The translations under genes and the position numbers were made by a program. DNA of 64,000 bases from Squalus acanthias (lineage: Eukaryota): positions 165,666,001 through 165,730,000 of the forward strand of contig CM059425.1 in the NCBI GenBank assembly GCA_030390025.1. Direction: 5' to 3'. The notes under the pieces were generated by a model. The model saw only the letters and a list, made by a program, of their open reading frames with translations, did not search any database and was not told where the DNA came from. This document shows positions 38,091-51,142 of this stretch, in pieces. Numbering within the stretch: the first letter of the stretch is position 1; each line of letters starts with the position of its first letter.

Positions 38091-41000
38091 TTGGAATTCT
38101 CTACCCCAGAGGGCGGTGGATGCTGAGTCATTGAATATATTCAAGGCTGAGATAGACAGATTTTTGAACTACAAGAGAGTCAAGGGTTATGGGGAACAGG
38201 CAGAAAAGTGGAGTTGAGGCCAAGATCAGATCAGCCATGATCTTATTGAATGGTGGAGCAGGCTCGAGGGGCCGAATGTCCTACTCCTGCTCCTATTTCT
38301 TGTGTTCTTATATTTTTTCTCTCTGCCGGGACCTTCACACATGCAGCAGGTATCCATGGACCTCACGGACGACGAATCCTCAGAGGAGCTGATTTCTTCT
38401 GAGGGGGCACCATCATAGGACTCATGCTTACCATGCACCAGCTCAGATACTCGCATTTTGCTGGGAGCAGTTAGAAAGATAGTTGGGTTTTCACCTGGTT
38501 ACTCACACTTCACAAGTGAGAAAAAGCAGATGGTGATGGCAAGGACAGCTGTGGAGAGTCCGCATCAGAGGGCGCAGCCCTATCCAGGCTCTGCTCAGCT
38601 GAACACAGATGCTGTACCATGGGGGACCGTCAATGAAAAGGAGACTCACTGAAGAACAGCAGAGAATGAGCGATGCACTGACAGGACATCCAAGCACAAT
38701 GACCACGATTACAGAGAGAATGGAGGAGTCCACCTCAAGCATACATGGGATGGTGTTGCAGGACATTGCGACGATGTCTTCTTGCATAGATAGAGTGCCC
38801 AACTCCGTGGAACATTTAACAAGGCAATCAAATGAATCCATACACGCCTTGACCACGGCCCTGCACACTCTAGATGCCAACATGTGTGCCGCATTAAATA
38901 GGATGACAGATAACTGAGCCTTGGCCTTACAGCGCCGCACTGATCTGCACCAAAGTGCTCTCCAGCAGAGTGGTAGCAGTCAAGTGCGGTTGGGCCATGA
39001 GAGGGATGATGGCGAAAGGGGACATGGAAGTGGGGACTCCACTCAAAGGGCTTCCATTTCTCACCCGTTGCTCCTCTGCCCTCAGCCAGTCCCCGACATG
39101 CTGCTTCGTGTTCTGATAGCAGAGTCTGCCCCTGCAAAGGTGCAGGTGGAGCAGTCTTTGGCGGGGCCCTCATGGGCTCCAAAACCCAGAGATTGTCGGC
39201 CAAGAGCATCTCAGCAGTCAGAGCAGGGATCTGAGCAGCCTGCCTCTGCCTCTGCTGAAGCTACAGGGGTTGCATCACGTTGGAGCAGTAGGACAGGAAG
39301 AGTAATGCTTTGTAGTTGCACAAGGGTATGCACATGGGTGTATGATAAAATGTTAAGTTGTGAAGTTTCCGTTCTTTAGTAGAATCACATAAATATTATT
39401 CTTTTGCACCACTTTCCTGTCTTGCTCATTCTTGATTGCTGGGTGGAAGTCACCTTTTAACTTGTTTGATGATGAATGGGAAGGTATGAATTGACGGTGA
39501 CCAATGGGGTGATGTGCAAGAAGTGGTTGGTTGTTTGCAGGACTGCTTTGTGTCAGTGGCATTAGGGGAGGTGGGAAGAGTGGCCGTTGCATGTGGTTCT
39601 GACATCTGGTGCAATCTAAGTGAACCATTCATTAATAAGGTTATCCTGGCAGCAATGTGAGCAGCTTTTTTTTTATTCGTTTATGGGTGTGGGCATCGCT
39701 AGCACGGCCAGCATTTATTGCCCATCCCTAATTGCCCTTGAGAAGGTGGTGATGAGCCGCCTTCTTGAACCGCTGCAGTCCGTATGGTGATGGTACTCCC
39801 ACAATGCTGTTAGGTAGGGAGTTCCAGGATTTTGACCTAACAACGATGAAGGAACGGCGATATACTGCTATGTCAGGATGGTGTGTGACTTGGAGGTGGT
39901 GGTGTTCCCATGCGCCTGCTGCCCTTGTCCTTCTAGGTGGAAGAGGTCGCGGGTTTGGGAGGTGCTGCCGAAGAAGCCTTGGCGAGTTGCTGCAGTGCAT
40001 CTTGTAGATGGTACACACTGCAGCCACGGTACACCGGTGGTGGAGGGAGTGAATGTTTAAGGTGGTGGATAGGGTGCCAATCAAGCGGGCTGCTTTGTCC
40101 TGGATAGTGTCGAGCTTCTTGAGTGTTGTTGGAGCTGCACTCATCCAGGCAAGTGGAGAGTATTCCATCACACTCCTTACTTGTGCCTTGTAGGTGGTGG
40201 AAAGGCTTTGGGGAGTCAGGAGGTGAGACACTCGCCGCAGAATACCTAGCCTCTGACCTGCTCTTGTTGCCACAGTATTTATGTGGCTGGTCCAGTTAAG
40301 TTTCTGGTCAATGGTGACCCCCAGGATGTTGATGGTGGGGGAAGGTAATGCCGTTGAATGTCAAGGGGATGTGGTTAGACTCTCGCTTGTTGGAGATAGT
40401 CATTGCCTGGCACTTCTGTGGCTGCGAATGTTACCTGCCACTTATCAGCCCAAGCCTGAACGTCGTCCAGGTCTTGTTGCATGTGGGCATGGACTGCTTC
40501 ATTATCTGAAGAGTTGTGAATGGCACTGAACACTGTGCAATCATCAGCGAACATCCCCATTTCTAACCTTATGTTGGAGGGAAGGTCATTGATGAAGCAG
40601 CTGAAGATGGTTGGGCCTAGGACACTGCCCTGAGGAACTGCGGTAGCGACGTCCTGGGGCTGTGATGATTGACCTTTAACCACCACAACTATCTTACTTT
40701 GTGCTAGGTATGACTCCAGCCAGTGGAGCGTTTGCCCCCCCGATTTCCATTGACTTCAGTTTTACTAGGGCTCCTTGATGCCATACTCGGTCAAATGCTG
40801 CCTTGATATCAAGGGCAGTCACTCTCACCTCACCCCTGGAATTCAGCTCCTTTGTCCATGTTTGGAAAAAAGGCTATAATGAGGTCGGGAGCCGAGTGGT
40901 CTTGGTGGAACCCAAACTGGGCATCAGTGAGCAGGTTTTTGGTGAGTAAGTGACGCTTGATAGCACTGTCGACGACACCTTCTATCACTTTGCTGATGAT

Positions 41001-42764
41001 TGAGAGTATACTGATGGGGCGGTAATTGGCCGGGTTGGATTTGTCCTGCTTTTTGTCGACAGGACATTCCTGAGCAGTTTTCCACATTGTCGGATAGATG
41101 CCAGTGTTGTAGCTGTACTGGAACAGCTTGGCTAGATGCACGGCTAGTTCTGGAGCACAAGTCTTCAGCACGCTAGCCGGGATGTTGTCAGGGCCCCATA
41201 GCCTTTGCTGTATCCAGTGCGCTCAGCCGTTTCTTGATATCACGTGGAGTGAATCGAATTGGCTGAAGACTGGCTTCTGTGATGGTGGGGACCTCAGGAG
41301 CAGGCCAATATGGATCATCCACTCGGCACTTCTGGCTGAAGATGGTTGCAAATGCTTTAGCCTTGTCTTTTGCACTCACGTGCTGGGCTCCACCATCATT
41401 GAGGATGGGGATATTCATGGCGCCTCCTCTCCCGTTAGTTGTTTAATGGTCCACCACCATTCACGACTGGATGTGGCAGGGCTGCAGAGCTTTGATCTGA
41501 TCACGGAGGCAGCGGACCTAAGAGGGAGCGAGTGCGGAGCCTGAGAATATAAAGAGCGCGGCAGAGCGAGGCCCGAGAGCGGAGGCAGCGGGCCTGACAA
41601 CAAGAACAAGGAGTGACGTCACAGGAAAGCAAGGAAGTGATTGGTTGGTCAGTATTTCTCTCTTTATCTTGGGCATTGGTTTAAATTAAGAGCCAGGATT
41701 AAAAACTAAACGTTCAAAAAGAGGGAGCTGATTGGTGAGTATCTGGTAAGTGTTATTACTTGGCTTTCTTAAAGTTTTTAAGTTTATTCCAGCTAGGTTA
41801 GTAAATAGTCTGTTAAGTAGAGGTATGGCAGGGCAGCTCACACCCGTGGAATGCACATCCTGTGCCATGTGGGAAGTCCTGGACACCTCCCGTGGTCTGG
41901 ACGACCACATGTGCAGGAAGTGTCACCAGCTACAGCAGCTCGAGCTTGAGCGGCGGCTGCAGTCACTGCTGTGCATCCGCGAGACTGAGAGCTACGTGGA
42001 TAGCACATTTCAGGAGGTGGTCACCCCGCAGCTTAAGAATGTGCAGGCGGAGAGGGAATGGGTGACCGCCAGACAGAAGAGGAGGACCAGGCAGGTAGTG
42101 CAGGAGTCCCCTGAGCCCATCTTGCTCACCAACCAGTATTCGGCGCTGAGTACTGGTGAGGGAAATGGTTCCTCTGGGGAGTGCAGCCAGAGCCAAGTCC
42201 ACAGCACCATGGAAGGTTCAGCTGCACAGGCGGGGGGGGAAGAGGAGAGGGAGAGCAATAGTGATAGGGGATTCAATAGTTAGGGGAGCAGACAGGCGTT
42301 TCTGCGGCCGCAGACGTGACTCCAGGATGGTATGTTGCCTCCCTGGTTCCAGGGTCAAGGATGTCACTGAACGGCTGCAGGGCATTCTGAGGGGGGAGGG
42401 TGAAAAGCCAGAGGTTGTGGTCCATATCGGTGCCAACGACATAGGTAGGAAGAGGGATGAGGTCCTGCAGGCAGAGTTTAGGGAGCTAGGAAAGAGGTTA
42501 AAAAGCAGGACCTCAAAGGTAGTAATCTCCGGATTACTACCAGTGCCACGTGCTAGTGAGTACAGAAATAGGAAGATAGAGCAGATGAATGCGTGGCTGG
42601 AGAGATGGTGTAGGAGGGAGGGCTTTAGATTCCTGAGGAATTGGAACCGTTTCTGGGGGAAGTGGGACCTCTACAAGCCATACGGTTTGCACCTCAACGT
42701 GAACGGGACCAATATCCTTGCGGGAGGGTTTGCTGGTGCTGTTCGGGAGGGTTTAAACTAGCTT

Positions 42765-43065
42765 TAAACTAGAAGTAAAGGGCATTAAGGGTTACGGGGA
42801 GCGGGCAGGAATTTGGACATGAGTCTAGGTTCGGATCGGTCATGGCCCTGTGGGTAGTGGAGCGGGCCCAGGGACTGTGTAGCCTGATTCTGCTCCTATT
42901 TCGTGTGTGCAATTCTGTTAGATGCAGGAGATGTTTCTGTGATAGATAGTAGATTGGCGGTTAGGATCAGATCAGCCATGATCTTATTGAATGGCGGAGC
43001 AGGCTCGATGGGCCGATTGGCCTACTCCTGCTCCTATTTCTTATGTTCTTATGTTCTTATGTTCT
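42765..43065 (+). mobile_element. Two short CR1 3' tails inserted at the ORF1/ORF2 junction
   Basis: AAGGGTTACGGGGAGCGGGCAGG..CTGCTCCTATTTC, then GATCAGCCATGATC..CCTACTCCTGCTCCTATTT(CTTATGTT)n. The host resumes at CTTGGCAGGGGG. Confidence 0.75.
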
Positions 43066-45497
43066 TGGCAGGGGGATGGGAACCTAAGTATAGAGTCAAT
43101 AGGGAGGGAAGAAAAACTGGAATTGGAAAACAAAAACGAAGAAAGTAAATTGGAAGGACAGAGGAATCAAGGGCTAGATAGTAGTCAACCAGGAGGTTTG
43201 CCTGTACTAAATGGTATATACTTCAATGTAAGGAGTATAGCGAATGAGGCAAATGAGCTGAGGGCACAGGTAGATACTTGGGACTATGATATTATAGCTA
43301 TTACAGAGACGTGGCTGAAAGAAAGAGGGGCAGGTATGGCAGCTCAACATTCCTGGTTACAGGATTTTCAGGCGGGATAGAGAGGGAGGTAAAAAGGGAG
43401 TGGGGGTCGCGGTGTTGATTAAAGAAACTGTTACAGCTGTGAGGAGGGATGATATGTTGGAGGGATCATCAAACGAGGCCATATGGGTCGAACTGAAAAA
43501 CAAAAAAGGGGTGATCACATTGCTGGGAGTGTACTACAGACCCCCAAACAACGAGAGGGAGATAGAAGAGCAAATATGTAGACAAATTTCTGAGAACTGC
43601 AAAAACTATAGGGCAGTAATAGTAGGGTATTTCAACTACCCCAATATTAACTGGGATAAAATTAGTGTGAAGGGTATAGAGGGTGCGGAATTCCTAAAAT
43701 GCATCCAGGAGAACTTTTTTAGCCAGTATGTAGCAAACCCAACAAGGGAGGGGGCAGTCCTGGACTTAGTTTCAGGGAATGAAGCTGGGCAGGTTGAAGG
43801 CGTATCAGTGGGGGAGCATTTTGGTGCTAGTGACCATAATTCTGTTAGATTTAAGGTAGTTATGGAAAAGGACAAGGATAGACCAGGAATAAAAATTCTA
43901 AATTGGGGAAAAGCAAATTTTGCTAAGCTCAGAGGGGATTTAGCCATAGTGGACTGGAAACAGGTACTTGAAGGTAAATCAGTGTCAGAGCAGTGGGAGG
44001 CATTCAAGGAGGAGATCCGGAGGGTTCAGACCAAATATGTGCTCTGAAAGAAAAAAGGTGGGACTAACAAATCTAGAGCCCCCTGGATGTCTAGGGACAT
44101 ACTGGGTAGGATAAAGAAAAAAAGGGAGGCATATGACAGATACCGAGGGCTAAATACTCCAGAATCTTTAGAGGAGTATAGAAAGTGCAGGGGTGCAATT
44201 AAAAAGGATATTAGGAAAGCAAAGAGAGAGCATGAAAAATTCTTGGCAAGTAAAATCAAGGAAAACCCAAAGATGTTTTATAAATATATTAAGAGTAAGA
44301 GGATAACTAAAGAAAGGGTTGGGCCTATTTGAGATCATGAGGGTAATCTGTGTGTGGAGGCGGGAGACGTCGGTAGGGTTCTTAATGAATTGTTTGCATC
44401 TGTTTTCACAAAGGAGAGGGGTGAAGCAGACATTGCTATCGGGGAGGAGGAGTGTGAAATATTAGATGAAATAAACATAGTGAGAGAGGAAGTATTAAGG
44501 GGTTTAGCAGCTTTAAAAGTGGATAAATCCCCAGGCCCGGATGAAATGTATCCCAGGCTGTTAAGCAAAGCAAAAGAGGAAATAGCAGAGGCCCTGACCA
44601 TTTTTCAATCCTCTCTGGCTTCAGGTGTGGTGCCGGAGGACTGGAGGACTGCTAATGTGGTACCCTTGTTTAAAAAGGGAGAAAAGGTTAGACTGAGTAA
44701 TTACAGGCCAGTCAGACTAACCTCGGTTGTGGGAAAATTATTGGAAAGAATTCTGAAAGAGAGGATAAATCTTCATTTAGAAAGATACGGATTAATCAAG
44801 GATAGTCAGCACGGATTTGTTAAGGGAAGGTCATGTCTGACAAACTTGATTTAATTTTTTGAGGAAGTAACAAGGAGGGTAGATGAGGGTAGTGCGTTTG
44901 ATGTAGTGTATATGGACTTTAGCAAGGCTTTTGATAAGGTTCCACATGGCAGACTGGTCACGAAGTTAAAAGCCCATGGGATCCAGGGCAAAGTGTCAAG
45001 TTGGATTCAAAACTGGCTCGGAGACAAGAAGCAGAGGGTAATGGTTGATGGGTGTTTTTGTGACTGGAAGGCTGTTTCCAGTGGGGTTCCGCAGGGCTCA
45101 ATACTAGGTCCCTTGCTTTTTCTGGTATATATCAATGATCTAGACTTGAATACAGGGGGTATGATTAAGAAGTTTGCAATTGATACTAAAATTGGCTGTG
45201 TGGTTGATACTGAAGAAGGAAGCTGTAGACTGCAGGAAGATATCAATAAATTGGTCAGGTGGGCAGAACAGTGGCAAATGGAATTCAATCCGGAGAAGTG
45301 TGAGGTAATGCATTTGGGGAGGGCTAACAAGGAAAAGGAATACACATTAAATGGTAGGTTACTGAGTAGTGTAGAGGAACAAAGGGACCTTGGAGTGCAT
45401 GTCCACTGATCCCTGAAGGTAGCAGGCCAGGTAGATAAGGTGGTTAAGAAGGCACACGGAATGCTTGCCTTTATTAGCCGTGGCATAGTATACAAGA

Positions 45498-46130
45498 TTG
45501 AGAGGTCGCACAACACCAGGTTATAGTCCAACAGTTTTATTTGAAATCACAAGCTTTCGGAGCTATCGATCGCCCCTTCCTCAGGTGAAGTAGAGAAATA
45601 CAGACTCGACAAAGCATATATAGATAGAGAACAATGCATGTGTACCTTACAATTGCAGACAACTAAATTAAATCATCCTGACTATCTGCCGAGGTGTGAT
45701 AAAGTTAATCAGGTCAGCCAGGAAGGTACCACATCAAAGACATAGCAAGATACAACTGAGACAATGAGGTGGAGTCGCAGGGGGTCTAACGTTAGACACG
45801 TTAGACCCCCTGCGACTCCACCTCATTGTCTCAGTTGTATCTTGCTATGTGTTTGATGTGGTACCTTCCTGGCTGACCTGATTAACTTTATCACACCTCG
45901 GCAGATAGTCAGGATGATTTAATTTAGTTGTCTGCAATTGTAAGGTACACATGCATTGTTCTCTATCTATATATGCTTTGTCGAGTCTGTATTTCTCTAC
46001 TTCACCTGAGGAAGGGGCGCTCGATAGCTCCGAAAGCTTGTGATTTCAAATAAAACTGTTGGACTATAACCTGGTGTTGTGCGACCTCTCAATTTTGTCC
46101 ACCCCAGTCCAACACCGGCATCTCCGCATC
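45498..46130 (+). mobile_element. Penelope-like insertion (family P1) forming a ~600-bp palindrome
   Basis: Arms 45497-45792 and 45798-46093 nearly perfect. Hammerhead motifs at 45551-45584 (-) and 46006-46039 (+). TSD ATAGTATACAAGA. Confidence 0.9.
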
Positions 46131-48189
46131 ATAGTATACAAGAGCAGGGGGGTTATGTTTCAACTGTATAAAACACTAGTTAGGCCTCAGCTAGAGTATT
46201 GCATGCAGTTCTGGTCACCACATTACAAGAAAGATGTGATTGCACTAAAGAGGGTACAGAGGAGATTTACGAGGATGTTGCCGGGAGTAGAGAATCTTAG
46301 CTATGAGGAAAGACTGGATAGGCTGGGTCTGTTTTCCTTGGAACAGAGGAGGCTGAGGGGAGACCTTATTGAGGTGTATAAAATTATGAGGGGCATAGAT
46401 AAAGTGGATAGAAAGGACCTATTTCCCTTAGCAGAGGGGTCAAAAACCAGGGGGCACAGATTTAAAGTAATTGGTAGAAGGTTTAGAGGGGATTTGAGGG
46501 GAAATTTTTCACCCAGAGGGTTGTGGGGGTCTGGAACTCGCTGCCTGAAAGGGTGGTAGAGGCAGGAACCCTAACCACATTTAAAAAGTACTTGGATGTG
46601 CACTTGGGATGCTGTAACCTGCAGGGCTACGGACCAAGAGCTGGGAAGTGGGATTAGGCTGGATAGCTCTTTGTTGGCCAGTGCAGACACGATGGGTTGA
46701 AATAGCCTCCTTCCGTGCTGTAACTTTCTATGATCCGTTGATTGTGGGATTGCTTAGCCCTGTCTATCGCATGCTGCTTCCGCTTTTTAGCATGCATGTA
46801 GTCCTGTGTTGCAGCTTCCCCAGGTTGGCACCTCATTTTTAGGTATGCCTGGTGCTGCTCCTGGCATGCTCTTCTACACTCCTTATTGAACCAGGGTTGG
46901 TCCCCTGGCTTGATGGTAATGGTAGATTGAGGGATATGCCGGGCCAAGAGGTTACAGATTGTGGTGGAATACAATTCTGCTGCTGCTGATGGCCCACAGC
47001 GCCTCATGGATGCCCAGTTTTGAGCTGCTAGATCTGTTCTGAATCTATCCCATTTAGCACAGTGGTAGTGCCACACAACACGATGGAGGGTGTCCTCAGT
47101 GTGAAGACGGGACTTCGTCTCCACAATCACTGTGCGGTGGTCACTGCTACCAATGCTGTCATGGACAGATGCATCTGCGACAGGTAGATTGGTGAGGACG
47201 AGGTCAAGTAGGTTTTTCCCTCGTGTTGGTTCTCTCACCACCTGTCGCAGGCCCAGACTGGCAGTTATGTCCTTCAGGACTCAGCCAGCTCGGTCAGTAG
47301 TGGTGCTACTGAGGCACTCTTGGTGATGGACATTGGAAGTCCCCCACCCAGAGTACATTCTGTGCCCTTGCTACTCTCAGTGCTTCTTCCAAGTGGTGTT
47401 CAACATGGAGGAGTACTGATTCATCAGCTGAGGGAGGGCGGTAGATGGTAATCAGCAGGAGGTTTCCTTGCCCATGCTTGACCTGAAGCCATGAGACTTC
47501 ATGAGGTCTGGAGTCAATGTTGAGGACTCCCAGGGCCACTCCTTCCCGACTGTATACCACTGTGCTGCCACCCCTGGTGGGTCTGTCCTGCCGGTGTGAC
47601 AGGACATACCCAGGGATGGTGATGGAGGAGTTTGGGACATTGGCTGAAAGGTATGATTCTTTGAGTATGACTATGTCAGGCTGTTGCTTGACTAGTCTTT
47701 GGGACAGCTCTCCCAATTTTGCCACAAGTCCCCAGATGTTGGTGAGGAGGACTTTGCAGGGTCGACTGGGCTGGGTGTACCGTTGCCGTGTCCGTAACCG
47801 GTGCCGAGGTCGATGCCGGGTGGTCTGTCCGGTTTCATTCGTATTGTGTTTCGTAGCGGTTTGTTACAACTGAGTGGCTTGCTAGGCCATTTCAGAGGGC
47901 AATTAAGAGTCAACCACATTGCTGTGGGTCTGGAGTCACATATAGGCCAGACTGGATAAGGACAGCAGATTTCCTTCCCTAAAGGACATTAGTGAACCAG
48001 ATGGGTTTTTACGGCAATCTGATAGTTTCATGGTTACCATTACTTATACTAGCTTTTTATTCCAGATTTTATTTAATTAACTGAATTTAAATTCCCCAGC
48101 TGCCGTGGATTTGAACTCGTGTCTCTGGATCATTAGTCCAGGCCATAGATTACTAGCCCAGTGACATTACCACTATGCTACCGTTCCAG

Positions 48190-49150
48190 CGTATGCATCT
48201 GGTGCTGCATTGTCCTCATCACCTCCCTCCTCCTCATCTTCCTCCTCCTCAGAATCGTCCGCAGCCGATCTGCGCACTGCACCTTCTTCCTCCTGCAGGT
48301 CCAAACCTCACTGCTGCGCAATGTTGTGCAGAATGCAGCGCACCACTACCATTCTGGAGACCCTGCAGAGGGCATCTGAAGCACATCTTCAGCATGGCGA
48401 TGGCTTGTTCGATCACAATGCTGGTGGTCATATGGCATTCATCATCGTGCTGACGGGCCAAAGAGGTCAGGGAGCTTGGACTGCCGCAGGACAAAAGCAT
48501 CATGGCAGCTCACTGGGAACATTGCGCACACCTGCAGAAATATCTTTCTGTGATTGCACACCAGCTGCATATTGATGGAGTGGAAGCCCTTGTGGTTCAC
48601 AAATACTCCTGGTTGCTCTTGGGGTGCGCGGACTGCCATGTATGTGCAACCAATGACGTCCTGCACCTGTGGGAAGCCAGCCAGGGATGCCAACCCGAGT
48701 GCCCGCTCATTCTGACTGGTGTCATCGCAGGCGATTTTCACATAATTGCCGGCCCTGGCATTTGTGGGCCGCCGACTGGGAGATCCTGGATATGTCTCCG
48801 ACAGAGCCCTGGAAGGATCCGGTGGCTAAAAAGTTGAGGCCGGTGGTCACTTTGACAGCCACTGGTGACACGTAGCCACCAGGTCCAGCAGGGAGCAGGT
48901 CTTCTTCTAGGAGGCTGCAGATGTCTGCCACCACCTGATGCGACAATCTAAGCCTCCTGAAGCACTGCTGTTCCGGCATGTCAAAGAAACTCAGCCTCTG
49001 CCTGTACACCCTGTGTCGCAGGTAGTGCCTTCTACGAGCTGCACCCCTCTGCTGGTCCCCTCCCTGATGTCCAGCTGCAGGTCTCTCAATATGCTGGTCA
49101 TATTGCTCCTCGTCCAAGGTCCAATCTAAGGCAGCCAAGGCACCACCCAT
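48190..49150 (-). pseudogene. HARBI1-like DDE transposase, decayed; last codons at 39616-39665
   Basis: FRRLRLS, VAVKVTTGLNFLATGSFQ..ISQSAAHKC, GFPQVQDVIGCTYMA, NHKGFHSINMQLVC, FPVSCHDAFVLRQS, VIEQAIAMLKMCFRC. C-terminal ..NLINEWFT* lies on the far side of the LINE insertion. Confidence 0.88.
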
Positions 49151-50449
49151 CCTGATATGATTCAGAAACTTCCAAAGTATGGAAAGTAAACTCTCAGCAA
49201 AAGTACTGTGAACAAACCCTTTCCCACTAGTATGTAAGAAAGCAGCTGTGAGTACTGAGTATTTTGTGCAGTATTTCCATGAGTTTTAATCAGCCCCCTC
49301 AATTGCCATTCTGTTCTCCCCTTGCTTTCACTGGCGAGTTTCAGGAAGCCCGGGAAACCCATGGATGCAACATTAAACTTAAAACTGTGTTGAAATGTCG
49401 CTCCAATTGAGCAATTACCAAATGTTAATAGGCATCCCGCCTCTCCCGAGGGGTTTGTGCGTAACCAGCCTGACGTGCTCGAGTTAAACTTGGAAGTCGA
49501 CGGGTTGGAGCCGGCTTCCCAACGCACTTGCATTTTTTGACGATTTAAACTCCCACCTGCACCCAGACCCACCACTCATCCAGGCTAAAATTTCCCCCAA
49601 TGAATGTGATATATAATATTACTGGGCTTTTTTTCACTGTAGACATCAGACACTATGACCTCATGGTATTATAAATCCATGAAGCTTCATTTCTACTTTA
49701 ATTTGCCCTATTTTCTCACTCTTTTTAGATTCCCTGCAGCATTAGGTGGCTAAGAAGAATAGGCAAGCAACGTGCTCCCAGTGACCTCTGGATGTGACCC
49801 GCAAGGAGATGTGCACATGCAACATGCATGAGAGTTGGTATGTCTGTGGCGGTAAGATGGTCTTTCTCGGTGAAATAGCCAAGAAATAGGGAAGAACATA
49901 TGCACTATTCTCAGATATTTTCAGGAAACTCTTTGTGAAGAAATAATAAAGTATATCCCTCCTGTTCAACTAAAGATGCCTCCCAAGCACTGTTATAAAA
50001 CTAGACCAAAGTTTGTCTTGACTTCAAACTGAAAACTGCACAATATTTTAATTTCAGTTTTACAAGTGACTGTTTTACTGAGATTCTCTCTCTGGAACAT
50101 TATTGATTAACTTGATTCTCTTAAAGGGGAAGTGGCTGCTCCAATAATAAGCATTAATTTTCACCACATCTCCCTTCTTTTGAGCTAATGAAACAAACAT
50201 ATTCTAACCAGCCTTAGCAGTAGATTTCCTTAGGTCGGACAACAAACATGGATATTATTCTGCCTTGCAGTAGTTTAACATCACTAATTATTCATTGTCT
50301 CTGTAATAAATTAGTTTTCGCATGATCTGCCCCAGAAAATGGCAGGCTGCTATACAAGTTAAAGGCCTGTAACACCTTAAAGTGGAAGTGGAAACAACTA
50401 CAGCATTAGAAAGGAGCTGAGAAGTAATGGTAGTCAGAAGATCAGCAGG

Positions 50450-50662
50450 GATGAGAGCTTTATGATTTCAGTGAAGCAGAGATGGATACATTACTGGAAG
50501 ATGTGAGGGCAAGAAGATTAGAACTGTTTGGCACAAGGGGTAAGAGACTATCTTGTGCCGTGGTAGAGGGAGATGGCTGAAGCCATTAGTGCTACCTTAA
50601 CAATCCCAAGATCAGCAAAGCAGTGCAGGAATTAATTTACTGATTTGACCAAAATGATCAGG
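50450..50662 (+). pseudogene. Remnant of a Harbinger Myb/SANT-like gene, exon 1
   Basis: FSEAEMDTLLEDVRARRLELFG..MAEAISATLTIPRSAKQCRN*FTDLTK. Confidence 0.65.
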
Positions 50663-51142
50663 TTAAGTGCCTTCCCAGTATAGGTCATACTGGAAGTGAA
50701 AGCTCACATTGCTGCCATGGAGGCCTTGGGCACCCTGCCTTCTGCCAAGCATAGATCAGTGTTTTGCAGCTGTGCCATAATCCATTGGGTCTTCCCACCA
50801 GCTGATCAATGATCTGTCATAAAATGTACCCAACACCAGCCGCTTGGTAGGCATGGCTTCACAGGATCAGCTTTCTCTCAGGAATCCAATTCTGGTGAGA
50901 TAATGTGTCAGATCCTAACAGTGCCTGAAAATGCTAGTTTGCAGCAGCAGCGGGATGAGGTTGGGTTGCCCTGTTGCCAGATTTGGAGATGCAACCTGCA
51001 ACTGGTCCCTCTCAGGGCAATAGCTGCTGGAGACTTCAACCACCCCAAATCCATGCGGCTTCAACGCATAGATACCAGCCAGCCATCTCCTATACCTAAG
51101 CCTCTCTGATAGCTCCCAGAAAACATTCACCATTAGTTAAAG

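Larger units (their letters stand above)
34195..38310 (+). mobile_element. 5'-truncated, internally deleted CR1 in the Myb gene intron, with two MITEs inserted
   Basis: APE end (EPTREQAILDLV, KSDHN), RT (QHGFMKGKSCLTNL, LDFQKAF, QGSVLGP), C-terminus and tail. A deletion joins VIFQN to LENHN near 35230. Confidence 0.9.
33373..39320 (+). pseudogene. Harbinger Myb/SANT-like DNA-binding protein gene (spliced), decayed
   Basis: Exon 1 33373-33612 (KAAPSFNDASLDVLL..KET*LEVAQEF..RSWIQCRKCFNDLTRSGK|GTGAGT). Exon 2 from 33915 (KRTGGGPPQISQLTTAEEEA). Last exon ~38330-39320 (acidic, then coiled-coil-like). Confidence 0.78.
41503..46730 (+). mobile_element. Near full-length CR1 LINE
   Basis: TSD TGATC. 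ORF1 41825-42761 (CTSC..CRKC, IGDSIVRG..GLHLN esterase). ORF2 ~43200-46660 with APE and RT motifs. Tail TTCTATGA. Confidence 0.92.
39666..48186 (-). mobile_element. tRNA-headed single-ORF LINE, copy 2 (split by CR1 at 41503-46730)
   Basis: Poly(T) at 39666, RT 39728-41500, APE 46736-47760, B box 48107-48116 and A box 48170-48180 on the minus strand. Colinear with 10384-13618; possible TSD CAGC. Confidence 0.88.
33101..49598. mobile_element. Fossil autonomous PIF/Harbinger transposon (convergent Myb/SANT and transposase genes) expanded by nested insertions
   Basis: Myb gene on +, transposase on -. Candidate termini GACCCCGATATT / AAAATTTCCCCC, both flanked by AAT. The left terminus is tentative. 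Confidence 0.72.

Noticed and set aside
48190..49150. Domesticated HARBI1 gene
   Set aside because: Frameshifts, deletions and lost catalytic residues (VIGCT for AIDCT) indicate a dead transposon copy.
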